Below are positions 1-10,672 of a stretch of DNA of 64,000 nucleotides, piece after piece. The number at the start of each line of letters is the position of its first letter. Position 1 is the first letter of the stretch. The notes beneath the pieces were generated by a model. It had not been told where the DNA came from and ran no database searches. It saw only the letters and a list, made by a program, of their open reading frames with translations. The translations under genes were made by a program, and so were the position numbers. Origin of the DNA: an uncultured Lachnospiraceae bacterium (lineage in GTDB: Bacteria > Bacillota > Clostridia > Lachnospirales > Lachnospiraceae); contig CAJTPS010000001.1 of the NCBI GenBank assembly GCA_910578555.1, forward strand, positions 94,108 to 158,107. Direction: 5' to 3'.

Positions 1-1966
1 CAATGCTACTCTCACCGTTGCCGATAAGCCTTGTAGCGCCAAGAAAAATGCATGGAAGTCCGCTGTCACGATTACAGATGTAAACGGGAAAAAACTGGCG
101 GCCGGAACGGATTACGAGAAAACGCTCAGCTATCATTATGAAGGTTATGATGACAATGAAAACAGTGTTCCTTCGATAGGCACTACCGTTACCGTGAAAG
201 TGACAGGATGCGGAAGTTATCAGGGCGAGATCAGCGGCACTTACCGGATTTTTGACAGCCGGAAGAACATCAGTAAATTGCAGGTTGTCATTGACCCGCA
301 GGAATATACCGGAAAAGAAGTCACATTAAAGCCGGCGGATATTCATATTTATGCAAATGCGGCGGATAAGAAAAATGAAATAGAACTGTCGGATCAGACA
401 TCCTGCTATGAAATTGTCGGATACAAGAATAATATTAAGGCGGGGAACGCAAAGGTAATCCTGCGTGGCCGGGGGGATTATGGCGGTACAAAAACCTGTT
501 CCTTTAAGATCCAGAAGAAAGTGTATCGAAAGAACAGCGTAGACAAGATTACATTGAACAAAAACAAGTTGTCGTTTTCGCTTCTGGATACGAAACCGGA
601 AAGCAGAACGCTTACCGCTACGATTACGCCGAAAGACCCAACACAGACAATAACAAATCCAACGGTAATCTGGACTACTTCAAACAGCAATATTGCAACC
701 GTGGAGGTTTTGGAGGACTCCGGCTCTGAGGAGAACAATACCACGCATGCAGAGACTGTCCGCATTGTGATCAATGCAAAGAAACAAGGAACCGTAACCA
801 TCACAGCTACCGCGCAGGACGGTAATAAGAGGGCACAGTGTAATGTTACGATCACACTGCCGACCCTTACACAGAAAGGCAAAACGATAGAAGGAACTGT
901 CGGAGATACATATCAGTTAACTTTTGTCGGATATGAAGACCCGGAGCATCCGATGGACACGGAAGGCATTGTTTTTACAAGCAGCAAACCGAGCATAGCA
1001 TCTGTAGACGAAACAGGCAAGATCACCATGAAAAAGATCGGACCTGCAACCATCGAAGTCTCTATGGGCAATGGACAATATGTCCAGCAGTGTTATGTTG
1101 TCGTTGCAGGCGGTGAGATCGATACAGCGAATGACCCCCGGGTACTTACCTACCATCAGGCGGAGGGATGTAAGGATGATACGCAAGCAATCAACGATTT
1201 GTTACAAAAATGGGAAAATGAAGTAAGATATCAACATCAGGACAACTATGATTATCTCTATATCCCGGCGGGCGAGTATCATATTAATCCTGCCGCAAAC
1301 CCCGGTTTCACGGCGGGTATCATGTTAAGAGACGGTCAGTCGCTGATCATGTCGCCTGATGCCAAACTCTATGCGATTGGTACAAACAGTGGGATTTATC
1401 GCATGATTTATGCTTCCGACCGTAAAGACATATACATTTCCGGCGGGAAGCTGATCGGTGAACGCGACGCGCACAAGGGCAGCGGCGGCGAGGCAGGGCA
1501 TGGCATCGAAATCGTCGGCTGTACAAATGTTCATATTCGTGATGTGGAAGTTTCCAAATGCTGGGGCGACGGTATCTATCTTGGCCGCATTAGCAGTGGT
1601 AAAAACAGTAACGGCGTTACTATCGCAAACTGTAACCTGCATCATAACAGGCGAAGCAATCTGTCTATTACAGACGTATCGAATGTGAAGGTTCAGAACT
1701 GCCAGTTCAATAACGCCAATGGGACAGCGCCGCAATACGGCATTGACATTGAGCCAAACAGCGGCCAAACTTGCCAGAATGTAACAATATCCAATTGCAG
1801 TTTTAAAGGAAACGCCGGCGGAACCATCCAGATCCTCGGACAGTTGAATGGCCATATAAAGAATGTCACCATTGAAAACTGCGTCGGAGATAAAGCGCCT
1901 GTCAAGTGGTCGGGATTCGGCGGCAGCGTAAGCGGCGTAACAGAAAGGAACAATAAGTGGGGGTAA
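1..1966 (+). CDS. C-terminal part of a large secreted/surface protein with Ig-like (Big_2-type) domains and a right-handed beta-helix (pectate-lyase-like fold) domain; 5' end lies outside the window
   Basis: Frame is open from position 2 to the stop at 1966. Big_2-like motifs (VIWTTSNSNIATV, FTSSKPSIASVDETGKIT) and beta-helix repeats (GDGIYLG, NVTISNCSF, GIDIEPN). Confidence 0.75.
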   Translation, partial: NATLTVADKPCSAKKNAWKSAVTITDVNGKKLAAGTDYEKTLSYHYEGYDDNENSVPSIGTTVTVKVTGCGSYQGEISGTYRIFDSRKNISKLQVVIDPQEYTGKEVTLKPADIHIYANAADKKNEIELSDQTSCYEIVGYKNNIKAGNAKVILRGRGDYGGTKTCSFKIQKKVYRKNSVDKITLNKNKLSFSLLDTKPESRTLTATITPKDPTQTITNPTVIWTTSNSNIATVEVLEDSGSEENNTTHAETVRIVINAKKQGTVTITATAQDGNKRAQCNVTITLPTLTQKGKTIEGTVGDTYQLTFVGYEDPEHPMDTEGIVFTSSKPSIASVDETGKITMKKIGPATIEVSMGNGQYVQQCYVVVAGGEIDTANDPRVLTYHQAEGCKDDTQAINDLLQKWENEVRYQHQDNYDYLYIPAGEYHINPAANPGFTAGIMLRDGQSLIMSPDAKLYAIGTNSGIYRMIYASDRKDIYISGGKLIGERDAHKGSGGEAGHGIEIVGCTNVHIRDVEVSKCWGDGIYLGRISSGKNSNGVTIANCNLHHNRRSNLSITDVSNVKVQNCQFNNANGTAPQYGIDIEPNSGQTCQNVTISNCSFKGNAGGTIQILGQLNGHIKNVTIENCVGDKAPVKWSGFGGSVSGVTERNNKWG

Positions 1967-2031
1967 TCCACAGCCCGGGAACCATCAGGCAGGTAAACGA
2001 TATCAGGCTCGACGGAAACTGAGAATACATG

Positions 2032-2080
2032 AAAAAATCAAGCTTCGCTTGATTGCGAGTTCCGCTTCGTGGACTCGAAA
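2032..2080 (+). repeat. REP-like double-hairpin repeat, family 1, copy 1
   Basis: AAAAAATCAAGCTTCGCTTGATTGCGAGTTCCGCTTCGTGGACTCGAAA; aligns with copies at 4417, 15316 and 39435. Confidence 0.8.
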
Positions 2081-2107
2081 CATGCCTGGACATTTCCCAT
2101 AACATAG

Positions 2108-2138
2108 AAAAGGGTATCCCTGCGGGGATACCCTTTTT
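2108..2138. terminator. Bidirectional intrinsic terminator between convergent genes
   Basis: AAAAGGGTATCCC-TGCG-GGGATACCCTTTT: perfect stem with A and T tracts on the two sides. Confidence 0.85.
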
Positions 2139-2180
2139 AAGATGCAAAGCGTTTAATAAAATTTGGCAGAAATGCCCGGG

Positions 2181-3368
2181 TTATTCCAGCTCCCCGGCAT
2201 TATATCTGGCCACAATGGACTGGATTCTTTCCACGGGATTCAGCAGGTCACTGATGGAGGTATCATGATTTAAAGTATCAATAATATAGGCGATATATTT
2301 ACTCATATCACAGTCGATATACCATTCGCGGGCAAGCAGCTCAGGTGTCTGGTAGATCAGGTTTGTGGTCAGTACCCTGCAGATCGTGCCGTCAGCATAT
2401 GCCGCGTCGAACCGGTCCAGTCCGGCTGTAAAGAGCCCGAAGGTGGAGAAGACGAAGATTCTGTTTGCCTTACGCTCTTTCAAGGCGGATGCAACTTCCA
2501 GTACACTTTCACCGGAGGAGATCATATCGTCTATAATGATCATATCCTTGCCTTCCACGCTGGAACCCAGGAACTCATGTGCAACAATGGGATTTCTGCC
2601 GTTTACGATCTGGGTATAGTCTCTTCTCTTGTAGAACATACCCATATCCAGACCGAGTACATTGGCAATGTAGATGGCTCTGTTCATACCGCCCTCGTCG
2701 GGACTGATTACCATCATATGGTCACTGTCAATCGTTAAGTCTTTTACATGGGTCAGCAGACCCTTGACAAACTGATAAGCCGGCTGTACCGTCTCAAAAC
2801 CGTGCAGCGGAATCGCGTTCTGCACACGGGGATCGTGGGCATCAAAGGTGATGATGTTATCAACGCCCATATTTACCATCTCCTGCAATGCAAGCGCACA
2901 GTCAAGAGATTCCCTGGCGGTTCTTTTATGCTGTCTGCTCTCGTAGAGGAAGGGCATAATCACGGTGATCCGCCTTGCCTTACCGCCTACGGCAGCAATA
3001 ATACGTTTTAAATCCTGATAATGGTCATCAGGCGACATATGGTTTTCATGACCGCAGAGAGAATAGGTCAGGCTGTAATTCGCAACATCGACAAGAAGAT
3101 ACAGGTCTGAACCGCGCACGGACTGCTTGATGACACCTTTGGCTTCGCCGGAACCGAATCTGGGCACATCGGCCTGCAGAATATAAGTATCTCTCTGGTA
3201 ACCGGAGAATGCAAGGGAATCTTTATGCTCGCTCTCGCGTTCGGCTCTCCATTTTATGAGATAGTAATCTACTTTTTCACCTAAGGGTCGGCAGCCTTCG
3301 AGCGGGATGATCCCCAGGGAGCCTACAGGAATGGTTTCCAGATTTCTTTTTTCTTCACGTCTGGTCAT
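2181..3368 (-). CDS. prs: Ribose-phosphate pyrophosphokinase
   Basis: RFGSGE, PFLYESRQ, SPDEGG and IIDDMISSGES (PRPP-binding) motifs. Confidence 0.95.
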   Translation of the reverse strand: MTRREEKRNLETIPVGSLGIIPLEGCRPLGEKVDYYLIKWRAERESEHKDSLAFSGYQRDTYILQADVPRFGSGEAKGVIKQSVRGSDLYLLVDVANYSLTYSLCGHENHMSPDDHYQDLKRIIAAVGGKARRITVIMPFLYESRQHKRTARESLDCALALQEMVNMGVDNIITFDAHDPRVQNAIPLHGFETVQPAYQFVKGLLTHVKDLTIDSDHMMVISPDEGGMNRAIYIANVLGLDMGMFYKRRDYTQIVNGRNPIVAHEFLGSSVEGKDMIIIDDMISSGESVLEVASALKERKANRIFVFSTFGLFTAGLDRFDAAYADGTICRVLTTNLIYQTPELLAREWYIDCDMSKYIAYIIDTLNHDTSISDLLNPVERIQSIVARYNAGELE

Positions 3369-3378
3369 GAAAGAAGCC

Positions 3379-4350
3379 TCACTTTCTGTTCATCAATCTT
3401 TTCTTGTACATGCGTATGTCCTGGCCGGACAGTTTACAGATTTCATAGTGACTGGTTATGCGGGAGAAGATACGGTCAGAATATCTGTTCCGTAATTCCT
3501 CCAGGGACAGATTGGTGGAGATCACAGTCGCCTTTTTGCCCATATGCCGCTCATTCAGGAGCGAAAATAACTGGGAAGTAACGAACTGGTTGGTCAGTTC
3601 CGTGCCCAGATCATCAATGATGAGCAGGTCGCACTGGTATAAGTCCGCATAAGTTTCACGAAGCTCTTCCCGATTCTTATAATCAAAGGAATTTTTAGAA
3701 AGTAAATCAAACAGGCCGGTTGCGCTGAAATAAATCACGGAATGCCCGGTTTCTATCAGCTCTTTGGCAACACAGCCGGAAAGAAATGATTTTCCAGTAC
3801 CCACTGTACCATAAAAAAAGAGATTATGGTAGTCAGAATTGAAATTTTTGACAAAATTACGGCAGGTGTTCACGGCGTTCCGAAAACGGGACAGGTCTTC
3901 ACCGTCATAATATTCATAGGAAAGAGAATCAAAATTCTCCGTGCGAAGCATCTCGCGTATGTTGGACTGCTCATAGAGGAGCGTGATCATAGCCTGCCTG
4001 AAACAGTGACATTTCTGTCCGCCGGCATATCCGGTATCTTTGCAGTCGGGACACTCATAGACGGGTTCCAGATAATCAGGTGCAAGTCCGGCATCTTCGA
4101 GAAGCTGCGTCTTGCGTCCCGACAGTTCCGCCAGCATATCCCGCAGGTCTTCCATGGCATCCGGGTCGCCGTTAAGGAGCTTCTTACCCTGAGAGACAGA
4201 GACGCTGGCCACGGTATCTTCCAGATCGCGATAGGCGGGAACATGATCATAGACATACGCCAGCCGGCGTTCCATATCGCGGCGGCTTTTTAACTGTTTC
4301 ATCTCATATTGATGAAGGATCATATCATATTGGGCGTTCGTCAGTGACAC
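3379..4350 (-). CDS. DnaC/DnaI/IstB-like AAA+ helicase-loader ATPase with N-terminal zinc-binding motif
   Basis: CPDCKDTG...KCHC; Walker A GTVGTGKS; Walker B LLIIDDLG; STNLS motif. GTG start at 4350 follows AAGGAG; lies downstream of the DnaD-domain gene. Confidence 0.85.
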   Translation of the reverse strand: MSLTNAQYDMILHQYEMKQLKSRRDMERRLAYVYDHVPAYRDLEDTVASVSVSQGKKLLNGDPDAMEDLRDMLAELSGRKTQLLEDAGLAPDYLEPVYECPDCKDTGYAGGQKCHCFRQAMITLLYEQSNIREMLRTENFDSLSYEYYDGEDLSRFRNAVNTCRNFVKNFNSDYHNLFFYGTVGTGKSFLSGCVAKELIETGHSVIYFSATGLFDLLSKNSFDYKNREELRETYADLYQCDLLIIDDLGTELTNQFVTSQLFSLLNERHMGKKATVISTNLSLEELRNRYSDRIFSRITSHYEICKLSGQDIRMYKKRLMNRK

Positions 4351-4416
4351 TATGGTACTCCTTTTAGCCGACAGAATCGGTTTTATTGTATGCAATTTAG
4401 GAAATTTTTCTGCATA

Positions 4417-4462
4417 TTCGAGTTTGCGAAGCAAATCTCGCAATCGAGCGAGGCTCGATTTT
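4417..4462 (-). repeat. REP-like double-hairpin repeat, family 1, copy 2
   Basis: Reverse complement AAAATCGAGCCTCGCTCGATTGCGAGATTTGCTTCGCAAACTCGAA, starting immediately after the dnaD-like stop codon. Confidence 0.8.
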
Positions 4463-5530
4463 CTAATTACTTAATAATTCCTGTTCTAAAGCCTCGAAAT
4501 CATAGTTGTTCTGCTTAAATTGATTAAACTTGTTATTCGAAGCGGCTCTGGAAGGCTTCGACTTGCGATAACGGTCGTCGAGCGACTGAATATCGCTTTT
4601 ATGATGTACGCCGGCCTGATACCAGTTAGTCAGGATACTGTCGGCATATTCCAGGCGGTGTTTGTCCGTGGCGAGCACGGTGCGTTCACAGGCGGTATAG
4701 ATCACGTCGGGCGTAAAGCCGTATTCCTTGATCCAGCGGGTGATGTAAGCGGCCTCCGTCTGCGTCGGCGTACTGTTCTTACCAAGTGACTTCATAATAT
4801 CGTAGACAATTTTGTCGTATTTACCCGCCAGGCGTTTCGCCTGCTTCGTGGTCGTAATGCCCTGCTGCGCCCAGCTGATGGCCACTTTCTCTATGTACCG
4901 CAGATCCTTCTTGTCACGGCCCGCGCAGTACTGGATCAGGTAGTCGATCAGGTCCTCGGAAAATCCCAGCTTGTCCGAGATAAAGAGAATCGTGCGTACT
5001 TCGTTAGGACTTAAGGTCTTCTTCAAATACTGTTCCGTGATAAAGAGCAGTCTTGAGGTAGCCTCGTCGGACTTAAATGCTTTCAATTCGTCTAAAGTAT
5101 AATTAGGCTTTACATAAGCTTCCTCAGGCTCTTCCGTATTCAGTTTGGAAGAGATCGGTACGACAGAGGCAAGCGGCGAAGCGGCTGACACGGACACTGC
5201 CGGAACGGGCGCAATGGCCGGGACGGCAGCAAGCGGTGCGAAGTCCATCAGGTGAATGCCGGTGACAGTCTTGTTGTCGTCGTACTCAAGCGTCAGAAGC
5301 TGTCTATTCTCCCAGTATTTCAGGGCGCGCAGAACATCTTTCTCCGTATAATTAAACATGTCCGCAATATTGGATATACTGGTAGAACGTCTTGCGCTCA
5401 TCATGCGGATCAGATACAGATAGATCTTGAGCTGTGCATCGTTCGCATCTTTCATATATTCGTCAATAAAACGGTTGGAAATAACCGTAGAATCAGTATA
5501 GTTATCCTGATAAATCGTCAAATGACCCAT
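4463..5530 (-). CDS. dnaD: DnaD/DnaB_2 domain replication protein
   Basis: N-terminal ISNRFIDEYM...QLKIYLYL winged helix and two DnaD-type domains (YIEKVAISW, YADSILTNW). Confidence 0.85.
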   Translation of the reverse strand: MGHLTIYQDNYTDSTVISNRFIDEYMKDANDAQLKIYLYLIRMMSARRSTSISNIADMFNYTEKDVLRALKYWENRQLLTLEYDDNKTVTGIHLMDFAPLAAVPAIAPVPAVSVSAASPLASVVPISSKLNTEEPEEAYVKPNYTLDELKAFKSDEATSRLLFITEQYLKKTLSPNEVRTILFISDKLGFSEDLIDYLIQYCAGRDKKDLRYIEKVAISWAQQGITTTKQAKRLAGKYDKIVYDIMKSLGKNSTPTQTEAAYITRWIKEYGFTPDVIYTACERTVLATDKHRLEYADSILTNWYQAGVHHKSDIQSLDDRYRKSKPSRAASNNKFNQFKQNNYDFEALEQELLSN

Positions 5531-5663
5531 TTCAACACCACCTCTGTTCCATGATGGAACTCATTGTGCCCCTATATAACACATGCTGAATTATAGCATA
5601 GCAATTTTTAAAATGAAATAGGCAAACTGCCACAATCCAAACATAGAACAGAGGTTCCGTGAA

Positions 5664-5780
5664 TGTGGAAAATGTGGATAGAAAATGAGAGTGCCCGTAA
5701 ATGCGTGGAAACCGTCACATAAAAATATCCACAGTTAATCGATGAAAATTCCGGTTATTTTCTGTGGATATTGTGAATAA
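5664..5780. promoter_or_regulatory. Cluster of DnaA-box-like 9-mers upstream of the dnaD-dnaC-like operon
   Basis: TGTGGAAAA 5664, TGTGGATAG 5673, ATATCCACA 5725, TGTGGATAT 5763, TGTGAATAA 5772; each is one mismatch from TTATCCACA or its complement. Confidence 0.7.
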
Positions 5781-7160
5781 TTATTTTCGCAGCAGGTTTT
5801 CCCCGATTTTTACGACATCGCCCGCCCCCATAGTTATCAACAAATCATCTTTTGTGCAATTTTTCATAAGAAAGTTTTCGATCTCTTCAAATGAAGGAAA
5901 ATAGTAACAGCGGTGCCCCAGATTTTCTATTTCCTGTTGCAGCGTCTGCGAACTGATGCCGAGAGTATCTTTCTCTCTGGCGGCATAAATGTCGGCCAGA
6001 ACGACCTCGTCGGCCAGCGACAGTGCGCGGGCAAAATCGCTCAGGAACGCCTTGGTTCTCGTGTAAGTATGTGGCTGGAATACACACCATGTCTTCCGAT
6101 GCGGATAATTCTCAGCGGCAAGCAGCGTTGCGCGGATCTCCGTCGGATGATGTGCGTAATCGTCGATCACGGTAAAGCCGTTTACCTTGCCCTTATATTC
6201 AAAACGTCTGTCCGTGCCGCCGTAATGCAGCAGCGCCTCTGCGGTTACGGCATCGGGGATGCCGAGCAGATCAGCCAGAGCAATAGCTGCCATGGCATTA
6301 TAGACATTGTGCTCCCCGGGAACTTTTAAAGAAAATACTTCTTCTTTGCCGCCTGCCCGCATAAGATGAAAAGAAGGACAACCCGATGCGTCATAAGTAA
6401 TGTCCTTCGGCCAGTAGTCAAAATCCGGGGAAGAGCCGTAAGTGATGACTTTGCACGTAAGATCATCGGTGAGTTCTCTGCAGCTGGCGATTTCGCCGTT
6501 GATGATCAGGGTTCCGCCGGCCGGCAGAAGACGTGCGAACGCGTGAAAAGATCTGCGGATATCTTCGATGTCCTTAAAGAAGTCCAGATGGTCTTCTTCT
6601 ATATTAAGTATAATACTGATCCTGGGATTAAAGCTTAAGAAACTGTTGGTGTACTCGCATGCTTCCGTGACAAACAGATCCGAGGAGCCGACGCGGATAT
6701 TGCCGCCGATTGGTTTGTAGATACCGCCGATAGACAGGGTGGGGTCGCTGTTGTTTTCCAACAGAATCTGGGAGATCATGGAGGTGGTCGTGGTCTTGCC
6801 GTGCGTGCCGCTCACGGCAATGGGCAGTTTATAATTCTGCATCATCTGTCCCAGCAGCTGGGCTCTGGTGAGCAGTGGAATCTGCAGACGATCCGTTGCG
6901 GCCATTTCCGGATTTTCCGGTTTGATGGCGCTTGTATATACAACCACATCAATGTCGGACGTCAGATTTTCTTCACGCTGACCGTAATAAACGGCAGCGC
7001 CCAGTTCTTCCAGCCTGCCGGTGAGCGGAGACGGTGCTCTGTCAGAGCCGGATACACGAAATCCCTCCGAGAGAAGGATCTCGGCGAGTCCGCTCATGCT
7101 GATACCGCCGATGCCGATAAAATATATGTGAACTGGTTCGTTAAAGTTGATTTGATACAT
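5781..7160 (-). CDS. murC: UDP-N-acetylmuramate--L-alanine ligase
   Basis: IGIGGISMSG, GTHGKTTTT, EACEY, DDYAHHPTE and FQPHTYTRT motifs. Confidence 0.97.
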   Translation of the reverse strand: MYQINFNEPVHIYFIGIGGISMSGLAEILLSEGFRVSGSDRAPSPLTGRLEELGAAVYYGQREENLTSDIDVVVYTSAIKPENPEMAATDRLQIPLLTRAQLLGQMMQNYKLPIAVSGTHGKTTTTSMISQILLENNSDPTLSIGGIYKPIGGNIRVGSSDLFVTEACEYTNSFLSFNPRISIILNIEEDHLDFFKDIEDIRRSFHAFARLLPAGGTLIINGEIASCRELTDDLTCKVITYGSSPDFDYWPKDITYDASGCPSFHLMRAGGKEEVFSLKVPGEHNVYNAMAAIALADLLGIPDAVTAEALLHYGGTDRRFEYKGKVNGFTVIDDYAHHPTEIRATLLAAENYPHRKTWCVFQPHTYTRTKAFLSDFARALSLADEVVLADIYAAREKDTLGISSQTLQQEIENLGHRCYYFPSFEEIENFLMKNCTKDDLLITMGAGDVVKIGENLLRK

Positions 7161-7509
7161 GGAATTCTCCCTATATTACATTTTTACTAGTATTATACTC
7201 ATTTCATATAAAAAAACCAATAGGAATTTGGAAAAGAGCCATATTGCTTCTTTTTTGGCTACAATTTACACAATAAGATTGCTGAAATTAAGTCTCAGAA
7301 AAGAAGTATGTTAAAAATAAACAAATATATTGAAATGTATAGTAAAATATTGTATATTATTAACATGTGCAAAGAAGTAACGGGCGAATAAATTTGTAAA
7401 TAATATTCACTTTCTCTTCGGATTGTGGTATAATTAACAAACATAATAAAATCGGCTCTAAATTTTAATATATATATTAAAAAATCTATAGGAAACAAGA
7501 GGTGATATG

Positions 7510-8781
7510 ATGGTAAAGAAGGAAATGATTGCCATGCTGCTTGCTGGCGGTCAGGGAAGCAGATTGGGAGTGTTTACGTCAAAGGTTGCAAAACCTGCTG
7601 TATCTTTTGGCAGTAAATATAGGATTATCGACTTTCCGCTCAGTAATTGTATCAATTCAGGTGTTGACACGGTGGGCGTGCTGACACAGTATCAGCCGCT
7701 CCGGCTCAATACACACATCGGGATCGGTATTCCGTGGGATCTAGACAGAAATATCGGTGGTGTGACGGTACTTCCGCCCTATGAGAAGAGCACGAACAGC
7801 GAGTGGTACACAGGTACGGCGAACGCGATTTACCAGAATCTGGATTATATGGAGAGCTTTAATCCGGAATACGTTCTGATTCTGTCGGGTGATCATATTT
7901 ACAAGATGGATTACGAGGTTATGCTGGATTTCCACAAACAGAACGGCGCGGAAGTAACGATTGCCGTTATGCCCGTTCCGATGGAAGAGGCGAAGCGCTT
8001 CGGTATCATGATTACGGACAAGGACCGCAAGATCATAGATTTCGAGGAGAAACCGCAGAATCCGCGAAGCAACCTTGCGTCTATGGGGATCTATATCTTT
8101 AACTGGAAGACGCTTAAGGAGGCACTGCTCACCAATGCGGAACAGCCGGGTCTGGACTTCGGAAAACATTTGATTCCGTACTGTCATGCCAAGGGGGCAC
8201 CTCTTTATGCCTATGAGTTCAACGGATACTGGAAAGATGTAGGAACGCTTAACTCTTACTGGGAAGCGAACATGGAACTGATCGATCTTGTTCCGGAATT
8301 TAATCTCTATGAAGAATACTGGAAGATCTATACAAAGAGTGAGATTCTGCCGCCGCAGTATCTGTCTTCGGACAGCGTTGTAGAGAGAAGCATTATCGGA
8401 GAGGGTTCCGAAATATACGGGCAGGTATATAACTCGGTGATCGGCTGCGGTGTGACAATAGGCGCAGGCACTGTTGTGCGGGATTCCATTATCATGAATG
8501 AGACGAAGATTCACAGCAACTGCGAACTGTATAAGACAATCGTTGCGGAGAATGTTCTGATTGAGGATAATGTCAGACTGGGTGTAGGCGAAGAGGTCGA
8601 GAATGAGACCGATCCTCACATTTATAATCACGGTATCGTAGCCGTGGGAGAGAAGAGTGTTATCCCTCAGGGGATTTCCGTCGGAAAGAATTCGGTTATT
8701 TTCGGCGTGACGAGCGCGGAAGACTATAAAGATGGACAACTTCCGAGCGGAAAAACATTGATTAAGGCAGGTGATAAATAG
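7510..8781 (+). CDS. glgC: Glucose-1-phosphate adenylyltransferase
   Basis: [48 protein letters not shown]. Confidence 0.97.
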   Translation: MVKKEMIAMLLAGGQGSRLGVFTSKVAKPAVSFGSKYRIIDFPLSNCINSGVDTVGVLTQYQPLRLNTHIGIGIPWDLDRNIGGVTVLPPYEKSTNSEWYTGTANAIYQNLDYMESFNPEYVLILSGDHIYKMDYEVMLDFHKQNGAEVTIAVMPVPMEEAKRFGIMITDKDRKIIDFEEKPQNPRSNLASMGIYIFNWKTLKEALLTNAEQPGLDFGKHLIPYCHAKGAPLYAYEFNGYWKDVGTLNSYWEANMELIDLVPEFNLYEEYWKIYTKSEILPPQYLSSDSVVERSIIGEGSEIYGQVYNSVIGCGVTIGAGTVVRDSIIMNETKIHSNCELYKTIVAENVLIEDNVRLGVGEEVENETDPHIYNHGIVAVGEKSVIPQGISVGKNSVIFGVTSAEDYKDGQLPSGKTLIKAGDK

Positions 8782-9899
8782 TGAGAGCAATTGGAATTGT
8801 CTTAGCGGGTGGTAATAATCACAGGATCAAGGAACTGACGCAGAAGCGTGCAGTCTGCGCGATGCCGATTGCCGGCAGTTACCGGAGCATTGATTTTGCA
8901 CTCAGCAATATGTCTAATTCCCACATTAATAAGGTCGCTGTATTTACACAGTATAATGCAGGCAGCCTGAACGAGCATCTGAGTTCATCCAAATGGTGGG
9001 ACTTCGGACGTAAGCAGGGCGGGTTATTCGTATTTACACCTGCAGTGACGGCGGAGAGCAATGCATGGTATCGGGGCACGGCGGATGCCATTGCGCAGAA
9101 CCTGTCATGGCTTAAGAACAGCCATGAACCCTATGTGGTAATATCTTCCGGCGATTGCGTATACAAGATGGATTATAATAAGATATTAGAATACCACATT
9201 GACAAGAAAGCCGATATTACAGTAGTATGTAAAGACATGGCGCCCGATGTCAACGTTGACAGATTTGGTACGATCAAGATGAACGAGGAGTGCCGTATTG
9301 AGGAATTCGAAGAGAAACCGGTGGTTGCTAAGTCCAATACGATTTCGTGTGGTGTCTATGTTGTCAGAAGACGACAATTAATCGAGATGATCGAGAAATG
9401 TGCGGAAGAGGACAGATACGATTTCGTTAAGGACATCCTGATCCGGTATAAGAACATGAAACGGATCTATGGGTATAAGATCAAGGATTACTGGAGCAAT
9501 GTCGCTACGGTGGAGGATTACTACAAGACGAATATGGATTTCCTGCGCCCGGAGATCAGGGATTATTTCTTCAGACAATATCCCGATATTTATTCTAAGG
9601 TAGACGATCTGCCGCCGGCAAAATACAACGTGGGAGCAAGCATTAAGAACAGCCTGATTTCCAGCGGATGTATTGTAAACGGTAAAGTTGAGGATTCCGT
9701 GATCTTTAAGAAAACGTATATCGGTAATAACTGCTATATTAAGAATTCCATCATCCTGAATGATGTGTATATAGGAGATAATACGCATATTGAGAATTGT
9801 ATCGTGGAAAGCAGGGGCACGATACGGGCAAATTCATACCACAAAGGAGAGAACGGAATAGAAATTGTGGTAGAACATAATGACAGATTCGTAATTTGA
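8781..9899 (+). CDS. glgD: Glucose-1-phosphate adenylyltransferase, GlgD subunit
   Basis: GlgC paralogue with degenerate catalytic motifs, overlapping the glgC stop codon. Confidence 0.92.
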   Translation: MRAIGIVLAGGNNHRIKELTQKRAVCAMPIAGSYRSIDFALSNMSNSHINKVAVFTQYNAGSLNEHLSSSKWWDFGRKQGGLFVFTPAVTAESNAWYRGTADAIAQNLSWLKNSHEPYVVISSGDCVYKMDYNKILEYHIDKKADITVVCKDMAPDVNVDRFGTIKMNEECRIEEFEEKPVVAKSNTISCGVYVVRRRQLIEMIEKCAEEDRYDFVKDILIRYKNMKRIYGYKIKDYWSNVATVEDYYKTNMDFLRPEIRDYFFRQYPDIYSKVDDLPPAKYNVGASIKNSLISSGCIVNGKVEDSVIFKKTYIGNNCYIKNSIILNDVYIGDNTHIENCIVESRGTIRANSYHKGENGIEIVVEHNDRFVI

Positions 9900-10076
9900 T
9901 GGTATGATGGAAAGGCGGTTGCTATTATCGATATATATATTGTGTAAGAGGCATGGGCGTTATTAACTAAATGTTTATTACAAGCTACGTGGCTTGATGA
10001 GTATGACTTGTGTGGAAAAGCTTGTGAAAACCGACAGGTTCCTGTCCGGTATCATATGATAAGGAGGCTGAGCTTC

Positions 10077-10349
10077 ATGAGAATTACTGATGTCCGCGTG
10101 CGTAAAATGACTCAAGACAGCAAAATGAAAGCAATCGTCTCAATTACCATAGACGATGAATTCGTGGTTCATGACATTAAAGTAATTGAAGGTGAAAAAG
10201 GTCTTTTCATTGCAATGCCTAGCAAGAAGGCTAATGACGGTGAGTATCGGGATATTGCTCATCCCATTAATTCAGAGACTCGCGACAGAATACAAACGAT
10301 TATTCTGGAAAGCTATGAGAAAGCACTTTTGGAATCTGATGATGAGTAA
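10077..10349 (+). CDS. spoVG: Septation regulator SpoVG
   Basis: [10 protein letters not shown]...[19 protein letters not shown]...[19 protein letters not shown]. Confidence 0.97.
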   Translation: MRITDVRVRKMTQDSKMKAIVSITIDDEFVVHDIKVIEGEKGLFIAMPSKKANDGEYRDIAHPINSETRDRIQTIILESYEKALLESDDE

Positions 10350-10366
10350 CAAATGCAGTGTGGAAG

Positions 10367-10396
10367 AAGAAAAGGACGCGGAAGCGTCCTTTTCTT
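10367..10396 (+). terminator. Intrinsic terminator after spoVG
   Basis: AAGAAAAGGACGC-GGAA-GCGTCCTTTTCTT. Confidence 0.8.
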
Positions 10397-10672
10397 GTAT
10401 CATAGGAAAGTGCGTCATATGATATAAAACTGTTTGCCGATAAAATTATAAATGGAATGGTGATAATTAATAAAATTATTTATTTTTAATTCATTAAAGA
10501 TTTTTTTATATACTTCTGCACTTTCAAAAAGACTTATTTTTTTGGAAACAATCCTTGTAGGAACGGGAAAATATTGATAGAATAAGAAACGATCACCGCA
10601 TGGATGATAAAGAAAGAATATTAGAAACGGTCGGCTGTGAAACTGCGGGCGGCAGCAGGAATCGAGGTAACT

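Noticed and set aside
3379..4350. IstB-like ATPase as part of an IS21 element or prophage
   Set aside because: There is no IstA transposase or phage gene; it sits in a housekeeping murC-dnaD-ATPase-prs context.
5664..5780. DnaA boxes as the chromosomal origin
   Set aside because: No dnaA, dnaN, rpmH or gyr genes lie nearby and the spacer is short; treated as a regulatory cluster.
7741..8790. 349-aa antisense ORF over glgC, and many similar antisense ORFs across the window
   Set aside because: They fully overlap well-supported genes and lack recognisable motifs; expected from codon bias at this GC content.
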